DNA of 64,000 nucleotides from Escherichia coli (GTDB lineage Bacteria; Pseudomonadota; Gammaproteobacteria; Enterobacterales; Enterobacteriaceae): NCBI RefSeq assembly GCF_029227855.1, contig NZ_CP074356.1; one strand, 5' to 3'. Shown piece by piece: positions 55,677 to 64,000 of this stretch (position 1 is its first letter; each line of letters starts with the position of its first letter). The notes under the pieces were generated by a model. It saw only the letters and a program-made list of their open reading frames with translations, ran no database searches and was not told where the DNA came from. The position numbers and the translations under genes were made by a program.

Positions 55677-57205
55677 GACGCCTCCTGACGCTGACTATCG
55701 CCGAAGGCAACGCGCATAATGGTCTCGACATTAATATCGCGCCCGGTCAGTGCAGAGTGGGCAATTTCGCCCTGATGCATCACATACACGCGATCTGCCA
55801 TCAGTTCGATCTCTTCGAGATCAGAGGAGATAAGCAGCACAGCCACATTCTGTGCGGCGATGCTGCGCAACAGTAGGTAGATATCATTACGCGCCGAGAC
55901 ATCCACGCCGCGCGTCGGCTCATCGACAATCAATACTTGCGGCGAGGCTTCCAGGCATTTGGCAATCAGGATTTTTTGCTGGTTGCCACCGGATAAGGTC
56001 CGTGCAGCTTGTTCCGGTTGGTTAAATTTAATATTCAGCGCCCGACGATAACGTTCCAGCGTGGCATTATCTTTCGCGGTTTTCGCCCAGAATCCACGAA
56101 GGTTATGAGTGAGGGCGCAGACGTTCCACGCCAGTGAAGCATCGAGATTCAGTCCGGATGACTGGCGATCTTCCGGCAGATAAACCAGACCGCGCAGTAA
56201 ACGTTCTCCGGTGGATAATCTATTGATCTCTTTACCATTCAGCATAATGCGTCCGCCACGCAAAGTACGCAGACCATAGAGCGTCTCGGCCAGTTCTGTG
56301 CGTCCGGCTCCCACCAGCCCAGCCAGGCCCAGAATTTCTCCGGCATTGAGCGTCAGGCTGACATTCCTGAAACCTTCGCCGGTCAGATTTTCCAGTGTCA
56401 GCACCGGCGTTCCCGCGGCATGTTGTGGGCGGTTGCCAGGTAATTCCAGCCATAATTTTTGGCTGGCAGAGAGCGATTTTTCCCGTAGCGCTGGCGTGAT
56501 GGCCTGAATAATGTCGTCGGTAGACAGTTCGCTGGTTTTGCCGCTTAAGGCGATGGTTCCGTCGCGCATCACGCTAATTCGATCGGCAATCTGGCGAATT
56601 TCCGGCAGCTTATGCGAGATAAAAACAATACCCACGCCAGTAGCAAGCAGCTCTTGCAAGCGACTAAACAAGCGTTCGGTTTCCGCAGGGGTAAGCGAGG
56701 CGGTAGGTTCATCGAGGATCAGAATCCGCGAGTCGCGCATCAGCCCGCGGAGGATTTCCACCATTTGGCGATCGGCGACATCCAGCGATCCTGCCAGACT
56801 ATGCAGATCAAACTGGCAGCCCAGCGCCGCCAGCAAGTTATTCATTTTCTGTATGGAGAGTTGTTTTTTTGCCAGACCAAACAGAATGTTTTCTTTTATC
56901 GACAGGCTTGGGAAAAGCAGCGGTTCCTGGGGAACGAGATAAATACCCAACTGATGAGCATGAACTGGCGTTAATCTGGTGTAGTTGTTGCCCCCAATCT
57001 CAAGCGTACCGCTATCAGCAGGGGTAATACCGGCAATAATCTTCATTAACGTCGATTTACCGGCACCATTGCCGCCGAGCAGGGCGTGGACCTCCCCCTG
57101 GTGCAACGTAAAATCGATGCCTTTCAGGACATTAACCCCTGAATACTGTTTATAAACCGAGCGGGCGCAAAGTAGCGGTAACGCGCGGGTATCACTCGTT
57201 TGCAT
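55670..57205 (-). CDS. lsrA: AI-2 ABC transporter ATP-binding protein LsrA
   Basis: 511 aa; two ABC cassettes (Walker [10 protein letters not shown], signature LSGGNQQK). Confidence 0.9.
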
Positions 57206-57453
57206 ACTTCCCCCGTTCAGTTTTGCAGGTGAGTTTTGAACAAATGTATTTCTGCTTTTAATTTGTTCATAACCTTAGGTGGACATTGCACATATTTCCG
57301 ACGAATAGATCACAATTTATGCTATTTTGATTTTCAAGGTTGCGTTTGTTCATGCTCGTAGAGTCAAACTGTGGTTGCCATCACAGATATAAATGCGCAA
57401 GAACTGAACAATTGCATTAAAGATTTAAGTATGTTCAAAGTGAAGAATGAATT
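57206..57453. promoter_or_regulatory. Divergent lsrA/lsrR promoter region
   Basis: 248-bp AT-rich gap between divergent lsrA and lsrR; expected to hold LsrR operators and CRP sites, which were not individually resolved. Confidence 0.6.
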
Positions 57454-58407
57454 ATGACAATCAACGATTCGGTAATTTCAGAACAGGGAATGTGTGAAGA
57501 AGAACAGGTCGCGCGGATTGCGTGGTTTTACTACCACGACGGGCTGACCCAGAGTGAGATCAGCGATCGTCTCGGCCTGACCCGTTTGAAAGTGTCGCGA
57601 TTACTGGAGAAAGGGCATCAGTCCGGCATTATTCGCGTACAGATTAATTCTCGCTTTGAAGGCTGTCTGGAATATGAAACACAATTACGTCGTCAGTTTT
57701 CGCTGCAACATGTCCGGGTGATCCCAGGGCTTGCGGATGCTGATGTCGGCGGGCGACTAGGGATAGGCGCGGCGCATATGTTGATGAGTTTACTTCAACC
57801 ACAACAGATGCTGGCGATTGGTTTTGGCGAGGCAACCATGAATACGCTGCAACGCTTAAGTGGTTTTATTTCGTCACAGCAAATTCGCCTGGTCACGCTC
57901 TCCGGTGGAGTCGGTTCTTATATGACGGGTATCGGGCAGCTTAACGCGGCGTGCAGTGTGAATATTATTCCGGCTCCGTTGCGGGCATCCTCCGCTGACA
58001 TTGCCCGTACGCTAAAAAATGAAAATTGCGTCAAAGATGTTCTGCTAGCCGCGCAAGCAGCGGATGTGGCGATTGTCGGCATTGGGGCTGTGAGTCAACA
58101 AGACGACGCAACAATCATTCGCTCCGGCTATATCAGCCAGGGCGAACAGTTAATGATTGGGCGAAAAGGGGCTGTTGGCGACATTTTAGGCTACTTTTTT
58201 GATGCAAAAGGTGACGTTGTCACGGATATCAAAATACATAACGAACTGATTGGCTTACCTTTAAGCGCGCTGAAGACTATTCCCGTCCGGGTTGGCGTTG
58301 CAGGGGGAGAAAATAAAGCCGAAGCAATTGCCGCTGCAATGAAAGGCGGTTATATCAACGCACTGGTTACCGATCAGGATACAGCAGCGGCGATTTTACG
58401 TAGTTAA
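57454..58407 (+). CDS. lsrR: Lsr operon repressor LsrR (SorC/DeoR family)
   Basis: 317 aa; N-terminal helix-turn-helix and sugar-phosphate binding domain. Confidence 0.9.
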   Translation: MTINDSVISEQGMCEEEQVARIAWFYYHDGLTQSEISDRLGLTRLKVSRLLEKGHQSGIIRVQINSRFEGCLEYETQLRRQFSLQHVRVIPGLADADVGGRLGIGAAHMLMSLLQPQQMLAIGFGEATMNTLQRLSGFISSQQIRLVTLSGGVGSYMTGIGQLNAACSVNIIPAPLRASSADIARTLKNENCVKDVLLAAQAADVAIVGIGAVSQQDDATIIRSGYISQGEQLMIGRKGAVGDILGYFFDAKGDVVTDIKIHNELIGLPLSALKTIPVRVGVAGGENKAEAIAAAMKGGYINALVTDQDTAAAILRS

Positions 58408-58485
58408 ATTTGCATGACCTTATTACCGGGAATGATGGAGAACGTACAGAGGAACAGACAGAACGCATAAGCCGAGGATAATCTA

Positions 58486-60078
58486 ATGGCTCGACTCTTT
58501 ACCCCTTCTGAATCAAAGAACTACCTGATGGCGCTGGATGCAGGTACCGGAAGTATTCGGGCTGTGATATTCGACCTGGAAGGCAATCAAATAGCAGTGG
58601 GACAGGCGGAGTGGCGGCATCTGGCAGTACCGGACGTTCCTGGTTCTATGGAATTTGATCTCAACAAAAACTGGCAACTGGCGTGTGAGTGTATGCGCCA
58701 GGCGCTGCACAACGCCGGCATAGCCCCGGAGTATATCGCTGCCGTTTCGGCATGTTCGATGCGCGAAGGCATTGTTTTATATAACAATGAAGGAACACCG
58801 ATCTGGGCCTGCGCCAATGTGGATGCCAGAGCGGCGCGCGAAGTTAGCGAACTTAAAGAACTGCACAGCAATACCTTTGAAAACGAAGTTTATCGCGCCA
58901 CCGGACAAACGCTGGCTTTAAGCGCTATTCCCAGATTACTTTGGCTGGCGCACCATCGTTCTGATATCTACCGACAGGCGTCGACCATCACCATGATCAG
59001 CGACTGGCTGGCCTATATGCTCAGCGGCGAACTGGCGGTGGATCCCTCTAACGCTGGCACCACGGGACTTCTTGATCTAACCACCCGTGACTGGAAACCT
59101 GCATTGCTGGATATGGCCGGACTGCGGGCCGATATTCTTTCTCCTGTCAAAGAAACCGGCACATTGCTGGGCGTGGTAAGTTCACAAGCGGCGGAACTCT
59201 GCGGTCTGAAGGCGGGCACTCCGGTGGTCGTTGGAGGAGGCGACGTGCAACTTGGTTGCCTGGGGTTAGGCGTTGTGCGTCCGGCACAAACCGCTGTTCT
59301 TGGCGGCACATTCTGGCAGCAAGTTGTAAACTTAGCCGCGCCGGTGACAGACCCAGAAATGAACGTGCGCGTTAATCCTCATGTTATTCCTGGCATGGTA
59401 CAAGCTGAATCTATAAGCTTTTTTACCGGACTCACCATGCGCTGGTTCCGCGATGCTTTCTGTGCCGAAGAAAAACTGATTGCCGAACGTTTAGGCATCG
59501 ACACCTATACGCTGCTGGAAGAGATGGCAAGTCGGGTGCCGCCTGGGTCGTGGGGCGTAATGCCGATATTCTCCGACAGAATGCGCTTTAAAACCTGGTA
59601 TCACGCTGCGCCTTCCTTTATTAATTTGTCTATTGATCCGGATAAATGTAACAAAGCGACGTTGTTCCGTGCGCTGGAAGAAAATGCGGCGATTGTATCA
59701 GCGTGTAACTTGCAGCAAATCGCTGATTTCTCGAATATTCATCCTTCATCGTTAGTCTTTGCAGGCGGAGGTTCAAAAGGGAAATTATGGAGTCAAATTC
59801 TCGCTGATGTCTCGGGATTACCCGTCAATATTCCGGTGGTCAAAGAAGCCACCGCATTAGGATGTGCCATTGCAGCTGGCGTCGGTGCCGGAATTTTTTC
59901 ATCAATGGCAGAAACCGGAGAACGCCTGGTTCGCTGGGAACGGACGCACACACCAGACCCGGAAAAGCATGAACTTTATCAGGATTCACGCGATAAGTGG
60001 CAGGCAGTTTATCAGGATCAGCTGGGGCTGGTTGATCACGGGCTGACGACGTCGTTATGGAAAGCGCCTGGGTTATAG
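58486..60078 (+). CDS. lsrK: Autoinducer-2 kinase LsrK (FGGY carbohydrate kinase family)
   Basis: 530 aa; N-terminal ALDAGTGS motif. Confidence 0.9.
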   Translation: MARLFTPSESKNYLMALDAGTGSIRAVIFDLEGNQIAVGQAEWRHLAVPDVPGSMEFDLNKNWQLACECMRQALHNAGIAPEYIAAVSACSMREGIVLYNNEGTPIWACANVDARAAREVSELKELHSNTFENEVYRATGQTLALSAIPRLLWLAHHRSDIYRQASTITMISDWLAYMLSGELAVDPSNAGTTGLLDLTTRDWKPALLDMAGLRADILSPVKETGTLLGVVSSQAAELCGLKAGTPVVVGGGDVQLGCLGLGVVRPAQTAVLGGTFWQQVVNLAAPVTDPEMNVRVNPHVIPGMVQAESISFFTGLTMRWFRDAFCAEEKLIAERLGIDTYTLLEEMASRVPPGSWGVMPIFSDRMRFKTWYHAAPSFINLSIDPDKCNKATLFRALEENAAIVSACNLQQIADFSNIHPSSLVFAGGGSKGKLWSQILADVSGLPVNIPVVKEATALGCAIAAGVGAGIFSSMAETGERLVRWERTHTPDPEKHELYQDSRDKWQAVYQDQLGLVDHGLTTSLWKAPGL

Positions 60079-60601
60079 TTTCATTGACAGCCACATCATG
60101 ATGACCGTGGCTGTTAGTTTTTGAGTATTCTTATTTCCCTTCTTTTAGAGCTGGTTTGTTAAATGCCAGCTTGCAGATTCATCGTTCCATCGCCAGTAAT
60201 ATATTCAAGGGGAAATTGCTATTTTTCTTAAAATATTAAGCATAACCCTTATTTTATAGCGAATATTCCTAAAGGCATAAATGAATGAAAAAGAGTTTTA
60301 ATAGAGTTCTTTTTTAGCAATTAATGCTATTCTTTGTTAAATATGATGATGGTATTTTTCTTATTGAAAGAAACATTTTTCTTATTAAGCAACAATAACT
60401 CATGGTTCATTTTTAAATAAAATAAGAACTATGCAATTTTTAATCTATCGCTTCGAAAGTATTAGCAAATTAGCCAAATTGACACCTTCCCACCTCCAAC
60501 CAACACTCAATACAGACCTCTGACAACTTAATAAGTTTCATTTTTAACGTCTGATGACTCATCTCTTTCGTGGCTGTATTGTTTGTATATGGAGCGTTTA
60601 T

Positions 60602-63600
60602 ATGAATAGAATCTATCGCGTGATATGGAATTGCACCCTACAGGCATTTCAGGTCTGCTCGGAATTAACTCGCAGGGTAGGTAAAACATCGACGGTTAAT
60701 TTGCGTAAATCCTCTGGACTGACAACGAAATTCAGTAGATTGACGCTGGGTGTTTTGCTGGCACTAAGCGGTTCAGCGTGTGGTGCGAGTCTGGAAGTTG
60801 ATAATGGTCAGATTACCAATATTAATACTGATATTGCTTACGATGCCTACCTGGTTGGGTGGTATGGCACTGGAGTGCTTAATATTTTGGCTGGCGGTAA
60901 TGCTTCCTTAACCACTATTACTACCAGCGTCATTGGCGCTAATGAGGACTCGGAGGGTACCGTTAATGTTTTGGGTGGCACCTGGCGATTGTATGATAGC
61001 GGAAATAATGCAAGGCCTTTAAATGTGGGTCAATCCGGTACGGGGACGCTGAATATTAAACAGAAGGGTCACGTTGACGGAGGATATTTAAGGATAGGTT
61101 CTTCGACAGGAGGCGTCGGGACGGTCAATGTTGAGGGAGAGGACTCGGTTCTGACGACCGAATTATTCGAAATAGGGAGTTACGGTACAGGCTCATTAAA
61201 TATTACGGATAAGGGTTACGTCACGAGTTCAATCGTCGCCATTGTAGGATATCAGGCGAACAGTAATGGTAAGGTTGTCGTTGAAAAGGGTGGCGAGTGG
61301 CTAATAAAAAATAATGATTCCTCAATTGAATTTCAAATTGGCAATCAAGGGACGGGGGAAGCGACTATTCGCGAGAGTGGGCTAATTACGGCTGAAAATA
61401 CGATTATCGGTGGCAATGCCATCGGTATCGGAACCCTGAATGTGCAGGATCAAGACTCTGTCATCACGGTACGCAGACTCTATAATGGATATTTTGGTAA
61501 TGGCACAGTCAATATTTCCAATAATGGACTGATTAATAATAAAGAATATTCATTGGTGGGCGTTCAGGACGGTTCCCACGGTATCGTCAACGTGACTGAT
61601 AAAGGGCATTGGAATTTCCTCGGAACGGGCGAAGCTTTCCGCTATATCTATAACGGTGATGCTGGCGACGGTGAACTTAATGTCTCGAGTGAAGGCAAAG
61701 TAGATTCGGGAATTATCACTGCGGGGATGAAAGAAACAGGCACAGGCAACATTACTGTTAAGGATAAGAACTCCGTTATCACTAATCTCGGAACTAATCT
61801 TGGTTATGACGGCCACGGCGAAATGAATATCAGTAATGAGGGGCTTGTTGTCAGCAACGGAGGAAGTTCACTCGGTTATGGAGAAACCGGCGTCGGGAAG
61901 GTTAGCATCACCACGGGGGGGATATGGGAGGTCAATAAGAATGTCTATACCACCATTGGTGTTTCGGGCGTCGGAAACCTCAATATTAGCGATGGCGGTA
62001 AGTTTGTATCGCAAAATATTACATTTTTGGGCGATAAAGCAAGCGGTATCGGCACACTGAACCTGATGGATGCGACATCATCGTTCGATACTGTGGGTAT
62101 CAATGTCGGTAATTTTGGTAGCGGTATCGTAAATGTCAGTAATGGTGCCACCCTTAATTCAACGGGCTATGGATTTATCGGAGGAAATGCCTCCGGTAAG
62201 GGGATAGTTAATATTTCAACGGATAGTCTCTGGAATTTAAAGACATCATCTACTAACGCCCAATTGCTACAGGTCGGTGTATTAGGCGCGGGTGAACTGA
62301 ATATTACCACCGGAGGTATAGTTAAAGCGCGTGATACACAAATAGCTCTCAATGACAAAAGTAAGGGCGACGTGCGGGTGGATGGGCAGAACTCTCTTCT
62401 TGAAACATTCAATATGAACGTAGGGACGACAGGCTCGGGTACGTTAACCCTGACGAATAACGGTACGCTGAATGTCGAAGGTGGAGAAGTTTACTTAGGT
62501 GTTTTTGAGCCTGCTGTAGGAACGCTAAACATTGGTGCTGCTCATGGTGAGGCGGCGGCAGATGCCGGATTTATCACCAATACGACGAAAGTGGAGTTTG
62601 GTCTTGGCGAAGGCGTTTTTGTCTTTAATCATACCAATAACAGTGATGCCGGCTACCAGGTCGATATGCTGATTACGGGTGACGATAAAGACGGAAAAGT
62701 GATGCATGATGCAGGCCATACGGTGTTCAATGCAGGGAATACTTATAGTGGTAAAACGCTGGTCAATGACGGCCTCCTGACTATTGCGTCACATACGGCA
62801 GATGGGATAACGGGCATGGGTTCGAGTGAAGTAACCATTGCAAGCCCCGGTACGCTCGACATTCTCGCATCAACGAACAGTGCAGGAGATTACACGCTGA
62901 CCAATGCGCTCAAAGGCGATGGCTTGATGCGAGTGCAGCTGTCATCCTCCGACAAAATGTTTGGCTTTACCCATGCAACAGGAACTGAATTCGCCGGTGT
63001 TGCCCAACTGAAAGACAGTACCTTCACGCTGGAACGCGACAACACCGCTGCGCTTACTCACGCGATGTTGCAGTCTGACAGTGAAAATACCACATCGGTA
63101 AACGTGGGAGAGCAATCCATTGGTGGACTGGCCATGAATGGCGGTACGCTCATTTTCGATACGGATATTCCTGCTGCGACGCTCGCGGAGGGATATATCA
63201 GCGTCGATACGCTGGTTGTCGGCGCGGGTGACTACACCTGGAAAGGCCGTAACTATCAGGTAAACGGGACGGGCGACGTGCTTATCGACGTGCCTAAACC
63301 GTGGAATGATCCCATGGCGAATAACCCTCTGACGACGCTCAATTTGCTGGAACACGATGATAGTCATGTCGGCGTTCAACTGGTGAAGGCGCAAACGGTT
63401 ATTGGGTCGGGTGGCTCATTAACGTTACGTGATTTACAGGGCGACGAGGTGGAAGCGGACAAAACGTTACATATTGCACAAAACGGGACAGTGGTCGCCG
63501 AGGGTGATTATGGATTCCGCCTCACGACCGCACCAGGTGATGGTTTGTACGTTAACTATGGGCTGAAAGCGCTGAACATCCATGGTGGGCAAAAGCTGAC

Positions 63601-64000
63601 GTTAGCCGAACATGGCGGAGCCTATGGCGCAACGGCCGATATGTCGGCAAAAATCGGTGGTGAAGGGGATCTGGCAATCAATACGGTGCGACAGGTTTCG
63701 CTTTCTAACGGTCAGAACGACTATCAGGGGGCAACCTACGTTCAGATGGGGACATTACGTACCGATGCGGATGGCGCGCTGGGCAATACTCGGGAACTGA
63801 ACATCAGCAACGCGGCCATCGTCGATCTTAATGGATCGGCCCAGACGGTAGAGACATTCACCGGGCTGATGGATTCGACTATTTTGTTTAAAGAGGGGTC
63901 GCTGACGGTGAATAAAGGTGGGATCAGTCAGGGCGAACTGACAGGTGGCGGAAACCTGAATGTTACAGGGGGAACGCTGGCTATCGAGGGGCTTAATGCA
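60602..64000 (+). CDS. Autotransporter adhesin-type protein (YdeK/YneO locus), N-terminal ~1130 codons; continues past the window end
   Basis: Hand translation from ATG 60602 gives an extended autotransporter signal peptide (MNRIYRVIWNCTLQAFQVCSELTRR) then repetitive Gly/Asn/Thr-rich beta-helix repeats with no stop through 64000; absent from the ORF track because it has no stop in the window. Confidence 0.75.
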   Translation, partial: MNRIYRVIWNCTLQAFQVCSELTRRVGKTSTVNLRKSSGLTTKFSRLTLGVLLALSGSACGASLEVDNGQITNINTDIAYDAYLVGWYGTGVLNILAGGNASLTTITTSVIGANEDSEGTVNVLGGTWRLYDSGNNARPLNVGQSGTGTLNIKQKGHVDGGYLRIGSSTGGVGTVNVEGEDSVLTTELFEIGSYGTGSLNITDKGYVTSSIVAIVGYQANSNGKVVVEKGGEWLIKNNDSSIEFQIGNQGTGEATIRESGLITAENTIIGGNAIGIGTLNVQDQDSVITVRRLYNGYFGNGTVNISNNGLINNKEYSLVGVQDGSHGIVNVTDKGHWNFLGTGEAFRYIYNGDAGDGELNVSSEGKVDSGIITAGMKETGTGNITVKDKNSVITNLGTNLGYDGHGEMNISNEGLVVSNGGSSLGYGETGVGKVSITTGGIWEVNKNVYTTIGVSGVGNLNISDGGKFVSQNITFLGDKASGIGTLNLMDATSSFDTVGINVGNFGSGIVNVSNGATLNSTGYGFIGGNASGKGIVNISTDSLWNLKTSSTNAQLLQVGVLGAGELNITTGGIVKARDTQIALNDKSKGDVRVDGQNSLLETFNMNVGTTGSGTLTLTNNGTLNVEGGEVYLGVFEPAVGTLNIGAAHGEAAADAGFITNTTKVEFGLGEGVFVFNHTNNSDAGYQVDMLITGDDKDGKVMHDAGHTVFNAGNTYSGKTLVNDGLLTIASHTADGITGMGSSEVTIASPGTLDILASTNSAGDYTLTNALKGDGLMRVQLSSSDKMFGFTHATGTEFAGVAQLKDSTFTLERDNTAALTHAMLQSDSENTTSVNVGEQSIGGLAMNGGTLIFDTDIPAATLAEGYISVDTLVVGAGDYTWKGRNYQVNGTGDVLIDVPKPWNDPMANNPLTTLNLLEHDDSHVGVQLVKAQTVIGSGGSLTLRDLQGDEVEADKTLHIAQNGTVVAEGDYGFRLTTAPGDGLYVNYGLKALNIHGGQKLTLAEHGGAYGATADMSAKIGGEGDLAINTVRQVSLSNGQNDYQGATYVQMGTLRTDADGALGNTRELNISNAAIVDLNGSAQTVETFTGLMDSTILFKEGSLTVNKGGISQGELTGGGNLNVTGGTLAIEGLNA

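Overview
This window looks like an Escherichia coli chromosome segment. The first ~20.1 kb is the distal part of a lambdoid (Qin-like) prophage inserted into the 5' end of ydfJ; the rest is the conserved ydfJ to lsrK backbone ending in an autotransporter gene. The prophage part carries the 3' end of a major capsid gene, head-tail joining genes, and a near-complete lambda-type tail module (Z, U, V, G/GT, H, M, L, K, I, J), followed by lom, an IS200-type insertion, a mosaic side tail fibre gene, three small AT-rich ORFs, a tfa 3' remnant, a Pin-type serine recombinase and ydfK. The backbone runs ydfI, ydfZ, ydfH, ydfG, dcp, ydeI, dgcZ, mgtS, ydeE, eamA, then a ~6.3 kb accessory sugar-utilisation island (GntR regulator, PTS IIB/IIC/IIA, ScrY-like porin, GH1 6-phospho-beta-glucosidase), then marBAR/marC, sotB, yneK, yneJ, sad, glsB, yneG, dgcF, uxaB, yneE, tam and the complete lsr locus. 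The most unusual content is the AT-rich fibre-distal region (15.4-18.2 kb): a swapped fibre C-terminus plus a three-gene cassette where tfa would normally sit. All calls rest on reading the six-frame translations and recalled family knowledge; no searches were run, and I could not identify a clearly novel defence-type system.
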